The notes beneath the pieces were generated by a model. That model did no database searches. It was not told the origin of the DNA and saw only the letters and a list, made by a program, of their open reading frames with translations. From NCBI RefSeq assembly GCF_016433145.1, contig NC_058130.1, forward strand, positions 631,537,608 through 631,601,607: 64,000 nt of DNA. Direction: 5' to 3'. Made by a program: the position numbers and the translations under genes. This DNA is from Gracilinanus agilis (Eukaryota). Position 1 is the stretch's first letter, and every line of letters begins with the position of its first letter. Below, piece after piece: positions 1-13,700 of the stretch.

Positions 1-545
1 TTATAATTACCATTTCTTCACACTAATGCATCCTCCACATAGCTGCTAAAGTGGTTTTCCTTAAGTGTAGATCTGACTGCTTCACTCCTCTACTCAAACT
101 CTAGTGGCTACCTATCACTTCTAAGAGAGAATACAAACTCTTCTCTTTGTCTTTTAAAGCCTATAACAACCTAACCCAAGCTTATTTTTCCAGCCTCCTT
201 ATATATTATTCCCACTTTCCCACACTTGACTATAGCCAAACATCTCTCAGTTTTTTCCAGGTGGCTCTCCATCTTTCCTTTTCCTACTATTATCCTGACT
301 GTCCTTCTGGATGCAGAATACCTCCTTCCTGACCTCTGTCTCATAGAATCCCAAAAAAGCCTTTCCTTCAATGACTTGTTCCCTTTCTCCTCAATTACCT
401 TGTTTTGATTTTGTTTATGATTTTCATCATGTATATATTATCTTCTCCAGTTCTCAACACAAACTCCTCAGGAGTAGAAATGATTTTATTCTTTGTATTT
501 GTATCTCCAGTCATTGTCAAAAACAATAAATGCTTGCTTATTGAT
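1..545 (+). mobile_element. L2 LINE 3' fragment
   Basis: Typical L2 3' sequence ending aataaatgcttgcttattga; boundaries approximate. Confidence 0.7.
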
Positions 546-664
546 TCACGTTTATACTTTATTATCACTAGTCTTTATTATTCAGTTGGTTTGAACATCA
601 CCAATAGTTTAAAATTTGTCAGAACCAAAAAATATTTAACCGAATACATTAACAGAATACATAA

Positions 665-862
665 TTTTTTTAACCCTTACCTTCTGTCTTAGAATCAGTA
701 CTGTGCATTGGTTCTAAGGCAGAAGGGCAAAAAGGACTGCGCAGTGGGGGTTAAGTGATTTGCCCAAAGTCACACAGCTGAGATGTGTCTGAGGCCAGAA
801 TGGAGCCCAGGACCACCCTCTCTAGACCTAGCTTTTAATCCACTGAGCCACCTAGTAGCCCC
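665..862 (-). mobile_element. MAR1-type marsupial CORE-SINE
   Basis: ttttaacccttaccttctgtcttagaatc...cactgagccacctag = reverse complement of SINE with tRNA-like head. Confidence 0.85.
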
Positions 863-1158
863 CCATAATTTCTTTCTTATGTGAGCATGTTGGGAAGATC
901 CTCTGGAAAAATTTTAGGTAAAACATGTATAGAAGTTGCACAGGATGAGAAGGCTTGGAAGGCTTGCAGTTATATCAGGAGAAAGATCTCTAGAGTTTGC
1001 TTAAGCTGTGCACAAAGGCCAACACTGAATATTTGTCACCTTGTTGGAGTATCTCTAATTTTTTATCTCAGAGACACCTTTGTATTAATGGATGCAAGAG
1101 TAGTGATGACTGGATTCTAAATATTCTGCAAAACAGAATTTAAGAGATAGCAAAATAA

Positions 1159-1386
<228 letters not shown>

Positions 1387-1394
1387 TAAGTGTC

Positions 1395-1612
1395 ATAGTG
1401 TACAGATGCTGGATTTGGAATCAGGAAGATGAGTTCAAATCCAACCTCAGAAACTATATGATACTGGGCAAGACACTTAACTTCTCAACTTCAATTACCT
1501 CATCTATAAAATAGAAATAATAATAGTACCTATATCCTAGGGTTGTTGTGAGGCAATATGATAATAGTTGTAAAGTGCTTTGCAAACCTTAAAGTGCTAT
1601 ATAATATTATTA
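1395..1612 (+). mobile_element. MIR-type SINE
   Basis: CORE gagttcaaatcc...gggcaagacacttaac; MIR tail gtaaagtgctttgcaaaccttaaagtgctat. Confidence 0.8.
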
Positions 1613-2736
1613 TTATGGTAGAAAACTTAACAAATCTTTTTCAAGTTCAAATAGGCACAAATATAAGTTAGCTATGTTATTCGTTTTACTTGTGGAAAGG
1701 AGTGCTATTTCCTGTCGTTGGTCCTCTGTAACTTATTTGTGTTGTTCCACTGCTCCTCCAGATCTAGGCCAGAAGTAAATGCAAGAGTCTTTTAGGCTAG
1801 AACACAAGTAATCTGAGGTATGGTATTCTTCCTTCCTTCATTCTCCTTTCTCCACCTTTTTTCTTGTTACCTACTCATTTTCTTTCCTTTCTCTCTTAAG
1901 TTCACATTCTCATTGAGGAAGAAGTTTGATAGAGGAGTAATTAATATTTTGATTTCAAAGCCTATCCCTGGATTTGGGGTATAGGGAAAAGATTCAGTAT
2001 ATTTCTGAATTGCTGCTTCTTCATCAAAAAATGAACCAAATGGACTAAGTGATTTCCAAGTTCATTCACTCTTAAGTCCTTAATTCATTAATTTTGGGAA
2101 AGATTCCAAGATGCTATAGGTCCTATCATAAAAAATTTAGGCTGAGAAGGAAGCACTGTCATCAGCAAAACTAGTAACACTGCTTTGAAATTGCAGGGGC
2201 AGATTTTCAGTCAATAGGAAAAACTCCTTAACAGTACCAGAGTGGAAACTAGATGGCTTTTGGGGAATACCATAAAAGGGGATTCCTGTTCTAATATGGG
2301 TTGATTTAAATGACTTCTGAAATTCCTTTTAACTCTATGATTTTGTGACCCTAGCTTCAATTACATCCTCCATGAATGATCTTCTAGCCTCTCTTCAAAC
2401 ATATCTAGTTAAAGGGAGCTTGGCACTTTTTGAGGCAATGTGTGTTACATTACATTTTTCTTTTTTATTGAACCGAAATCTGCGTCCCTATAACTTTGAT
2501 CTATCCATTGGCCTTGTCAGGCCTTATGAAGCTTTTCAGAATATATCTTTTTCTGTTTTTCCTATGATGGCCCTTTAAATATTTGTAGTTGTCTGCTACA
2601 CCTGCCCTAGTGTTTTCTTCTATTTAGAATACTTTCTATCTGAAATATTATTCCCTTCACTATTCTTCACATGGAATGATTTCAGGAACGCTCTCCTTCC
2701 TACTTGCCCTTCTTTGGACACACTAATTTTTTATTC

Positions 2737-2740
<4 letters not shown>

Positions 2741-2790
<50 letters not shown>
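2741..2790. repeat. (GT)25 microsatellite
   Basis: Perfect dinucleotide run. Confidence 0.98.
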
Positions 2791-2791
<1 letters not shown>

Positions 2792-3097
2792 GTATAGAAC
2801 TGAAAAAAGCACCCCAAATGACTATCTAGCCTAGAATAGACCTATACTATCTCCTATCTTTATCTGAATAGTCTACTTCTATAATTGTAGCCTAAAATTT
2901 CAATAACTTTTAAAAAATAAAATTATCACATTAAGGGTTTATATTGAGTTTGTGGTTAATCCCAGAAAAAAATCCAAGTTCAATCTTTCCCCCATGTGAC
3001 TTGTTACTGAACCATGTTGCCCAGTCAGTATTTATGTAATCATTTTTTTTTAAAGGTGTAGTACTTTATATTTGTTCAGTTTCATTTAAAAAAACAT

Positions 3098-3277
3098 TTT
3101 TTTTAAACCCTTAACTTCTATGTATTGGCTCCTAGGTGGAAGAATGGTAAGGGTGGGCAATGGGGGTCAAGTGACTTGCCCAGGGTCACACAGCTGGGAA
3201 GTGTCTGAGGCGATTTGAACCTAGGACCTCCCATCTCTAGGCCTGACTCTCAATCCACTGAGCTATCCAGCTGCCCT
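3098..3277 (-). mobile_element. SINE1_Mdo-type SINE
   Basis: aaacccttaacttctatgtattggctcctaggtggaag...ccactgagctatccagctgccc. Confidence 0.9.
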
Positions 3278-3650
3278 CTTGTTTGACAAGTTCTCAGGAC
3301 CTTATTCTTAGACCCATGCTCCAACTTTCTGATACTATACTGATTTCTGATTCTCTCATTCAGTGCATCTGAATGCTGTGTATTAGCCATAAATTTAAGA
3401 AAGATGTTTCAAGCATACAAATTAGTAACAGGGAAGGGACATAAAATACAAATTAATGTAGAAAAGATAGATCAAGGTAAGTGTTTGAGAGGTACTTAAA
3501 ATTATCTGAGAAAATTCTGAGGAGGAAAAGAAAATGTCCATTTAGGGGGATGTGATTGTCTGGGGAAAACTCAAGTTCAAATCTTGACTGCCACTTCTTA
3601 TGGTATGACCTTTAGTAAATCAGCCTGTATTTATTATTATTATCACTACT

Positions 3651-3780
3651 ATTTTAAACCCTTACCTTGTATCTTAGAATCAATACCGAGTATTGGTTCT
3701 AAGACAGAAAGAGAGGTAAAGGCTAAGTAAATGGGTGTTAAGTGAATTCGGTTACATCTAAGAAGTGTCTGAGGCCATAT
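3651..3780 (-). mobile_element. MAR1-type SINE, 5'-truncated
   Basis: 3' portion only (cccttaccttgtatcttagaatcaatac...gtgtctgaggcc). Confidence 0.8.
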
Positions 3781-4105
3781 TTGCCATATTTATGATTTAA
3801 ATACCTACTGTTTGCCAGGTACCATTCTAGGTGCTGGGAATACCAAGCCAGGAAAGAAACCATCCCTGGTCTCAGGGAGCTTACTACATCCTATTTGTGG
3901 AAATGATATATAAGGATATCTAAAATATCTTTAGAGATGCTTTATTGCCTTAGGGAGGCAGTTGCAACTGGAGGGACAAGGAAAGGATTCCTGTATAAAA
4001 CAGTTGAGCTAAGCTTGATGGATACTAAGAATTCTAAGAGATCAAGATGAGGACACTGGTGCAATAGCACAGAAGGACAACCCATGCAAAAGGCATAGAG
4101 AGGAT

Positions 4106-4850
4106 CCAGTTTTTCTGGAGGTCAGTTTGGAACTCTGCCCAAAGGGCTATAAAACTATTCATATCCTTTGATCAGGGAATATCACCAATAGGTCTGTGTC
4201 CCAAAGAGTTAAAAAAAATGTCCTACTTGCACAAAAATATTTGCAGCTCTTTTTGGGGTAGCAAAAAATTGGAAATTGAGGGGATATCCATCATTTGGGG
4301 AATGACTGAATAAATTGTGGTATACGATGATGATAGAATACTATTGTGCTATAAGGAATGATGAACAGGATGATTTTAGAAAGAGCTAGAAAGACCTATG
4401 TGAACTGATGCAGAGGGAAATAAGCAGAACCAGGAGAACATTGTACAAGGTAACAGCAATATTGTACGATGATCAATTATGAAAGCTACTCTCAGCAATA
4501 CATTGATCCAGAATAATTCTGAGGGACTTAAGACAAAGAATACTATCCACCTCCAGAAAAGGAACTGTTGGAGTCAGAATACAGATCAAAACATATACTT
4601 TTTCACTTCAATTTATTTGTGTTTTTGTTTGGGGGTTTTGGTTTTATATGAATATTCTTTTACAAAAATGAACAACCTGGATATATGTTTTGCATGATAA
4701 TACATGTATAACCATGATCAAATTGCTTACAATCTCTGAGAGGGGGAGGGAAGGGAAGAAGGGAGAAAATTTCGATCTTATAACTTCAGAAAATTTCTGT
4801 GGAAATTTGTTATTACATGTAATTGGTAAATAGAACATCTTAAACCAACC
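4106..4850 (+). mobile_element. L1 3' fragment (ORF2 C-terminus plus 3' UTR)
   Basis: tttggaactctgcccaaagggctataaaac...gaactgatgcagagggaaataagcagaacc, marsupial L1 3' end. Confidence 0.85.
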
Positions 4851-5344
4851 AAACAAAAAGAGATAGAGGGGCAGTCCATGCAGAAAGCACAGAGATAGGA
4901 AATGAGTCTTATTTGAGAAGCATTAAGAAGGTTAGTTTGGCTAGATAAGAAAGGGGAATAATGTGTAGTAAGGCTATAAAGGCAGGTGGGAACCAGGTTG
5001 TGAAGGTTTTTAATTGTCACATAGAGTTGTTATTTGATTCTAGACTGAGCTGGTGGGATTTACGGAGCAGGGGTGTGTCATAGCCAGATCTGTGTTTTTT
5101 GAAAAGTTTGGCCTCAGTTTCCTCATTCCATTTCAAATGAATGGGCTGTGTGCTAAATGATCTGGAATGACCATTCCAGGTTTAAATGCAGAGTTACAAG
5201 AAAATGGCATTTATGGCAGGTTTCTAAGAATTGTTAGGATTTTTAATAAGTGGAAATGTGGGAATAATATGACATTCCGAATAAACCAAGTATTTAGTGT
5301 GAATAATACACTTAGGGAATAATCTATTCATTGATAATTTTATA

Positions 5345-5610
5345 ATATTAACAGCTAGCATTTATATAGCCCCTACTGTGTGGCAGGCACTATACTAAGC
5401 ACTTTATAAGCTTTATCTCATTTTTGTCCTCACAATAACCCCAAGAGGGAGGTGCTATTATTATACCTATTTCATAGAAGAGGAAACTGCAGTAAATAGA
5501 CGTTAAATGACTTGTCTGCATAGTTATTATATGCCTGAAAGTCATATTCGAATTCAGATCTTTCTGACTCTAGGCCCAGTGCTCAGTCTACTGTACTACC
5601 AGCTGCCTTT
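5345..5610 (-). mobile_element. MIR-type SINE
   Basis: atagctagcatttatatagc...gaggaaactgc...tctgactctaggcccagtgctc. Confidence 0.75.
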
Positions 5611-5769
5611 ATCAACATACCAACTAGAGAAGCATTTTAGTTATTAAATTTATTGATATTCATGCTATACACACAGTATGTTTTTCAAATGTTAGAAGAT
5701 CGAGACCAAAAATTTTAACATGTTTTACATATCAGTTAAATTAATTTTTTGTGTGTTTTTTAATATCAG

Positions 5770-5826
5770 GTTTCTTTCTCAGTCAAATATGAAATGAACC
5801 AAGAAGAAGCACATACCCAAACTAAT
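5770..5826 (+). CDS. TMEM67: TMEM67 exon 15 (57 nt): VSFSVKYEMNQEEAHTQTN
   Basis: atcag acceptor, gtgagt donor; similar to human VSFSVTYEMDHGEAHVQTD. Confidence 0.95.
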
Positions 5827-5911
5827 GTGAGTTAATATTATTTTTTCATAATTCTTGGGTTTTGTAAAAGATTATCTAAGTTCTAAAAATCATATCTTCT
5901 TTTCCCTTTAG

Positions 5912-6013
<102 letters not shown>

Positions 6014-6157
6014 TGAAACTTTGTTGTTTTAGTGATTGTTATATTCTTTTAAATATAAACCTTTTTTATAGTCATTTTCTCCCAGACAGCTGGAAGAAGG
6101 TGAAGACATGACTTAATTGGTTCCAAATTCTTTGAGGACAGAGAGTCTTATTATTTT

Positions 6158-6336
6158 TTTAAATCCTTAACTTCTGTGTATTGGCTCCTAGGCGGAAGAG
6201 TGGTAAGGGTGGGCAATGGGGATCAAGTGACTTGCCCAGGGTCACACATCTGGGAAGTGTCTGAGGCCGGATTTGAACCTAGGACCTCCCGTCTCTAGGC
6301 CTGACTCTCAATCCACTGAGCTACCCAGCTGCCCCC
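6158..6336 (-). mobile_element. SINE1_Mdo-type SINE, full length with TSD
   Basis: 17-bp TSD gagagtctt(a/g)ttatttt at 6141-6157 and 6337-6353. Confidence 0.95.
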
Positions 6337-6914
6337 GAGAGTCTTGTTATTTTCATATATCCCCAGTTCAAAGTACAGTTCACAGGGCACATATTTGAAT
6401 TTTTTTTTTTAAATGGATATATAAATGACAAAATGAGTTACTTGAGACTCAAGGAATTGGGACTTGGGATACTTATTTGAAAATGGAAAGCAAGGTTTTG
6501 ACACTAACTTGCATCTTGTTTCTATTATAATGGATTTGAATCAAAATTGGTAGTCTTCCTGATTTCAGTAAACTTACTTTAGACCTCAAGTGTTTACTGA
6601 TATTGTAATTATTTTGTTCTTTTATTATCAGGATTACCTTAGTCTGGACCTTTACAGGACCATAACTAGCTTCCATTGGGGTGAAAATAGAAAGTGAAGT
6701 GAGACTAGGTATTTTATTTTATGTTGAACTAGCCTATATTAGCAAAAGTAATTATAGCATAGATAGAAAGAAAGGATATAATAAATAACCTGGTAGATTA
6801 TGAAAAATTCAAGAAGTCATCAGCTAATGAATGAAATGTTTTGTTTTTAAATTGGTATTTTTTGAACTTGGAATCAATTTTTCCATAGAAGTATGTGTAA
6901 GGGTGATTTGATTT

Positions 6915-7140
6915 GATTTGATTTGATTTGATTGATTTATTTTTTAAAGCCCTTACCTTCTGTCTTGGAGTCAATTCTGTGTATTGGCTCCAAGGCAGAA
7001 GAGTGGTAAGGGTAGGCAATGGGGGTCAAGTGACTTGCCCAGGGTCACGCAGCTGGGAAGTGTCTGAGGCCGGATTTGAACCCAGGACCTCCTGTCTTTA
7101 GGCCTGGCTCTCAATCCACTGAGCCACCCAGCTGCCCCCT
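6915..7140 (-). mobile_element. MAR1-type SINE with (GATTT)n tail and TSD
   Basis: TSD gggtgatttgattt at 6901-6914 and 7141-7154. Confidence 0.93.
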
Positions 7141-7950
7141 GGGTGATTTGATTTTAGAATCACCCCCCCATCCCTCAGAGAGCCTATTTAAGCAAAGCTG
7201 TACCTCCTCTAAGATTCTTCTCTGGAATCTCATTGCATTGTTGGAGAGTCAGCTTTTCAATTTCCTAGCAGCCCTGAAAGGCTTTGAATATGAGCCCCAT
7301 GAAGAACTATATGACTGCCTCCTGAGGACCAGCCTGATAAGGGTGGAGGCTCATTGCAGGGGGATGAATGTTTTGGTCACTGTGGTTTTGAAAGACCATC
7401 TATGAAGTTCTAGAAGTATGGCAAAGGGAAAATCTTTGCCTGTAAATGTATGCATCCTTGATAATTGGAACAAGTATAGTTCTCTAGTCCTTACCTACCG
7501 TTTAGAACATTTTTATAGGAAAAAATGTGATCAGAGTTTTAGTTTAGGATGCTAGAGATGCATCATCTATAGCTGCACCCTCACAGCATGAAGAGATTCC
7601 ATGTTCCCTGCCCACACAACTTCTCTGCTTCTCAGAATAGGGACTTCCCTATCTCCAGGCTCCTAATAGTGATTTCTTTGCCTAGGCCGGGGACTCTCAC
7701 AAGATTGGGGAGTGGGGGGAAGGGGTAGGGAGGATGAGAACAGAATGGAGCTTAAATAGAAACAGGAAGGATAAAGGGGAAATAAAATGTTCAGCAGCTG
7801 CTGGGAGACAAGAATCCCAGAAGCAGTGTGGCTAGAACAGCTATTCTTACTTGGGGAATATAAACTTTTCTCTTTCTTCTTCTTCATTTTCCTTTCTCCT
7901 CTGTTTTCTCTCTTCCATGCCCTGCTTCTTCTTCTCTTTTCTAGCTATTG

Positions 7951-8185
7951 GAGGCAGTTAGATAGTACAGTAGAAAGAGCTCTGGACCTGGAGTCAGGTA
8001 GACCTGAGTTCATATCTAGCCTTGGACACTTACTAGTTGTATATCCCATGGCAAGTTATTTAATCTCTGTTTGCCTCAGTTTCCTCATCTATAAATTGGG
8101 GATAATGGTAGCACCAATACCCCTGAGAGCTGTTATGAGGAAGACAATATTTGTAAAACACTTAGCACAGGGCCTGGCACATAAT
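7951..8185 (+). mobile_element. MIR-type SINE
   Basis: ggcagttagatagtacagtagaaagagc...cttagcacagggcctggcacata. Confidence 0.85.
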
Positions 8186-8776
8186 GTTTGTATAGTTCCT
8201 TTCTTCTTCCTTTTCCTCTCTCTTTCTTCCTCTGCCTCTTCTGTATTCTTCCTTGTTTATTCTCTCTTTTCTATGATTTTCAGTCTCTCTTCCCTTTCTT
8301 TTTCCCTCTTCCCTCTTTCTCTCTCCCTCCACAATCTGGTTCATTTCTACATTTCTAGATCTATTTCCAGCTATTCCCTATCATGATCTGTGGGTTTTAG
8401 GCAAATTGGTCATATCATGTCACCCAGAGAAAATATTTTATCTCTTGCTTTTTTTGTACAGATTGTCTCCTACAAATGCCAAGTTTTGCTCCTCACTTTT
8501 ATTTCTAGGAATACTGGACTAAGGTTATACCTTGTAGAAGAGGCCTTCTCTGCTTCTTCTTCATTGTTAGGGCTCTTCTTGACAAAGCTATCTAGAATAT
8601 ACCTTGTACTTAACTGTATTTTCATTTATCTATTTACATATTGTTCATTTCAGCCCATTTATCCCAGAGGAATATAAGTTCTTTGAGGACAAGGGGCTGT
8701 TTTGTTTCTTTCTTTGTATCTTTGGTGCATTGCACATAGTAGGTATATAGTAAGTATTTGTTGAATTGAATTTAGG

Positions 8777-8778
<2 letters not shown>

Positions 8779-8806
<28 letters not shown>
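8779..8806. repeat. (TA)n microsatellite, one interruption
   Basis: tatatatatatatatgtatatatatata. Confidence 0.9.
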
Positions 8807-8807
<1 letters not shown>

Positions 8808-8919
8808 CAGGTGATCATAAGTATAAACATACAGAATACTTCTCAAAATGAAAGTATGATTAGATTAAATTTCATTAAATACCATTTAATATTCTTAATA
8901 GTGGTATTTTTTTCAATAA

Positions 8920-9404
<485 letters not shown>

Positions 9405-10884
9405 TAGGAAAGTCTTTGTGGAATAGATCCCTCTGCCAATACAGCTCTTTAAGAACAATGTCACTGCTTGTCTTAGTGAGTTAGGATACTGAAAAATGAA
9501 AGACCTTGCCTAAGATCCCACAGCTAGTGTGTCATGGTTGGGACTGGAATTGAGACCTTTCTGACCCAGAAGCTGGCTTGTTAGTGCCCTTGATATGTGG
9601 TCTTTTTAAAGATAAGCTTTCCAAGAACAGTATGTCTAATTCTAGTAAAGGGACTGATTATAAAGTGGTAGTAGAAAAAATTATATGGATAGACACTGAT
9701 TTCATTACTATGGGAAACTCTCTCCTAATCCAGGTCAGCATCTTCTCTGTAGCTTACAGTATTGGAGAATTGTCTGAGGCTTCCTGACTTAGATCATTAT
9801 CCATTAACCCATGATGCCCTTCTTCACTGAATTAATAACTATCTTTAAACCAAAAAACTTTAAAAGAAAGCAGCTGCTTTCATTTGTCAGAGGCAGAAAG
9901 ATTCTTCTACAAAAAGGATTTAAATAATTTTTTAAAGAAACCACAATAATGGCTCAAATGGATATAGTTGTAGCATGCTAATTGTCATGCCTTATGCTTT
10001 CATCATGAATCCTCTTGGAATAAAACTTCTTTAAAGTGAACTCTCTTGTTAAAAAACTCACACAAAATACTCAAAAGTAACATTGAGGTATGATATTTGC
10101 ATGCATTCTTAGCCAAATATGATACCAGCACCTCTAGGCACCACTTATTTTTGACCTTGTCCAACTAAAGATAAAGTCAGACTAGGCTAAAATGTAAACT
10201 CTACAAAATTCATTTTCTTAGTCCTAAGTAGCATGTTCTTGCTGGCAATCCTTTTGGGTACTTCAGGTGCCAACTTCTCACCTAATCTACTTTCTTTGGC
10301 TTTCTCCTTTTTTCAAAGCAGGAAGTAATCCAGTATTACTCATTTCTCACTCATCTTTTTAAAAAAAAAACCATAATAAGTTTTTATATGTGCCTTTTTA
10401 AAACATCACTGTCATTTCCCCAGTTATTCTTACCTTATCCTCTGCTATATAACCCTCCTTTGCAATGAAGTATAGTCATGCCTAAGTGACCTTCATATTG
10501 AACAGTGCTGACAGTTCCACAATTCTAGTCTACCACCCATCCATCAAAAAGTGGGAAAACTGGCTACCTCTTAGTCTTGTGAATAAGAAAAGTCCTTTCT
10601 CCTGACTTCTTTGTTTCAATTGAAATTTGATCACTCCTCCTTCCAGATGCTCTGACCTCCCTTGGCTTTTGTGACACTGTCCTTCCCTAGTTTTTCTCTC
10701 ACCTGTCTATTCCTTCCTAAGTCTCTTTTCAAGATTGTCATCTATACCCCATCTTCTTCCCCCTCACCCCTAAAAAGGAGGGCATCTCAGGGCTTTTCTC
10801 TCTATAGATGGTTCTCATTAGATGCTTCATCAGTTCCCATGAGTTCAGCCATATATAGATGGCTCCTAAATCTACATATCAATA

Positions 10885-11058
10885 AGCAAGCCAAAATACT
10901 GGAGTGGTTTGTCATAGCCTTTTCCAGTGGGTTAAGGCAAACAGAAGTTAAGTGATTTGCCCAGAGTCTCATAGCCAATGAGTCTCTGAAGCTGGATTTG
11001 AACTCAAGTCTTTCTGGCTCCTGGCCCAGAATTCTATCCACTTATTCATCTAGCTGCC
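10885..11058 (-). mobile_element. MAR1 SINE with RTE(BovB)-like tail
   Basis: aaaatactggagtggtttgtcatagccttttccag, the RTE-derived tail of Mar-1. Confidence 0.75.
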
Positions 11059-11230
11059 TCTTCATTATCTCTACAAATACCTTATACCCCCAACCTAGTT
11101 TCAAGCTCCTTTAGGGCTAGGACTATGTCTTATTTTTCTTGGTATACCCCTTAGTTTTTTGAATTTAGTAGATGATTAATAAATACTTGTTGAATTGAAT
11201 TGAATTGAATTACACAAAAGAATAGTAAAG

Positions 11231-11876
11231 TGTACTCACCCTGGTATCACAGAGTTAGGCAACTTGTGGATGGAACCTTTACTCATATGAGATAGTGTAC
11301 CAAAAATACTTGGAAAGTCTCTTGAGCTTTATTGTTATTAATCCTGAAAATATAATCTAAAATAATAATAATTTCCCCTTAACCTCCCCAGACCTAGATT
11401 CACATGAAAAGATAAAGAGGAGAATTGTTAGTGACTAAGTAAGATGCTGTATATCGGTTGGTGTCTTGTCCTATCTGTCTCTGCTCAGATGTGAGTCAGG
11501 AGGGTGAAGAATTTTACTTCGCTTTTATGGTGAAGTGGGGCTTTGGGGTAGGAGTCTAGTGAAGGGTGGGCAGTATCAGAACATAAGACTTGCCAACATG
11601 GAACTCCATTCAAAACTGCTAGAGATCAGCTAGTGACTTGGGAGTAAAAGGACGGCATCCCCAGTAGAGAGTCGATTCTGGAGACAGTATCTATGTCAGA
11701 GAAAGTCTTACAAATCTAAAGCCCACTCCAGATTTAGACTCGGGGGAACAGTAGAAGGCATACAAGACAAGAGTTCACTGAGTCAGACAGCCCTGGGTCA
11801 TTGTGCTTTACACATCTCCTGACTAACCATACTAACCATTTCAGTCATCCATTTCTATTTAGTTTGATGAGCCACA
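11231..11876 (-). mobile_element. Candidate degenerate solo LTR
   Basis: On the minus strand a TATA-like CATAAAAGC (11521-11529) precedes AATAAA (11328-11333); no TSD found; boundaries guessed. Confidence 0.35.
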
Positions 11877-12501
11877 GCTGTTATTATATTTGTAAAGTGC
11901 TTGGCAAACCATGAAGCACTATACACATGCTAGGATTATTACTGTTATTACTGTTGTTACAATGGGGAATATCTGCGTGTACGGAGATTCAGAGAATCCA
12001 TCTAATTTAACTAGTGTTCTTAAAAGCAACAAATTCCATTCAATTCAACAGATGCTTACTGAACAAAGCACTTCCCTTTTCCTCTTCTTTGAAAATGGAA
12101 TGATTACCTGCTGTGAGGTGTCCAAAACTCATTTTTATGCATCCCTAATTTAAACTGCATCCCTGGTCAAATACAGAACTATGCCAGTGGCTTTGACTTT
12201 TATATGTCAAGTGACAGACAAGTCTCTTTTATCCTTTCATGTTTTAAGGTAGGAAGAGGAAAAATTCAGTCATTATATTACTAAGTATAAACTTTCATTA
12301 ATTTCCAGTTTTATGAAGTTCCTAGAACAAATTTTGTTAAAAATTGCCTGTGATTGTTATTTGTAATCATAACATTTTCACTTTATCAAAAAATGGAATT
12401 AATTTTTTTCTAGGGAAGCAAAATATATAGTGGTTCAGGAATTGGCCTTGCCATTATGCAGCACAGGAGAGTTCAAATTCCACCTCTGACACTGCCTAGA
12501 T

Positions 12502-12638
12502 CAATGGTGTCAAAACAGTCCCTTTTATCACATATTATCATAGAAATATCTATTGTATTTTTATTTATTTTGTTAAATATTTCCTGATCACATTTGAATC
12601 TGGCACTGGGTAGAATTGTAGATGGTTTGGCATCCCTT
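12502..12638. mobile_element. hAT-type MITE, internally deleted
   Basis: caatggtgtcaaa...tttggcatccctt; same family as 58521-58703; flanks gcctagat/acttagaa resemble a decayed 8-bp TSD. Confidence 0.55.
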
Positions 12639-12809
12639 ACTTAGAAAATTCTCATTGGCCCAAAAAAATGTGCCTAGTGCCCCTGCCATCTCTTTTAATA
12701 TAAATTAGAGAGCAATTCAAACCCACTTGTACTGGTAGGGGGGGGAGTTTCTTCATGGAGAGTTCCCTTAATCAGGGACACCACAGGAGTTCATTTTACA
12801 TGTCAGTAA

Positions 12810-12980
<171 letters not shown>

Positions 12981-13020
12981 TAGAAAGTTGGGCCTGATCC
13001 TTTGTTTTTATCTTTCCTAA

Positions 13021-13221
<201 letters not shown>

Positions 13222-13489
13222 TGATTGAGTTGTGTATAATTGGTAATGGTTTAAATGTAAAAGAAGAGCTCTTAGTAGTTGTCATTGTCCTTTTTAACTA
13301 TGGCATAAAACAATGGGAAAATCTTGTTATTTGGGTTTAAAAGCCTTGAGAGGATAGGAGCTCCAGTCATATGGTTCTCTGTCACTGTCCTATGATTAGC
13401 AAATGACCACTGTTTCCTCTTCTAATTACTTTGTGATATATAGTTGTCAGCAGCATGGACAACACTCCTCTTCCCCTGCTACCATTTAA

Positions 13490-13700
13490 AAAAAATTCTT
13501 AGAATCTTACTTAGAATCAATACTAAGTATCAGTTCAAAGGTAGAAGAGTGGTAAGGGCCTAGGCAATGGGGGTGAGGGGTGTTAAGTGACTTGCCCAGG
13601 GCCACACAGCTAAGAAGTATCTGAGGCCCTATTGGAACTCAGGAGCCTTCCATTTCCAGGCCTGGCTCTCTATCCACTGAATCACCCACCTGCTCTGCTA
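13490..13700 (-). mobile_element. MAR1-type SINE
   Basis: cttagaatcaatactaagtat...gagtggtaagggcctaggcaatggggg. Confidence 0.85.

Noticed and set aside
7076-7405. 109-aa ORF in intron 16
   Set aside because: Begins inside an antisense SINE; the rest resembles no family I recognise
7787-8386. 199-aa hydrophobic ORF
   Set aside because: Made of a MIR plus CT-rich low-complexity DNA; the F/L/S bias is compositional and there is no splice or homology support
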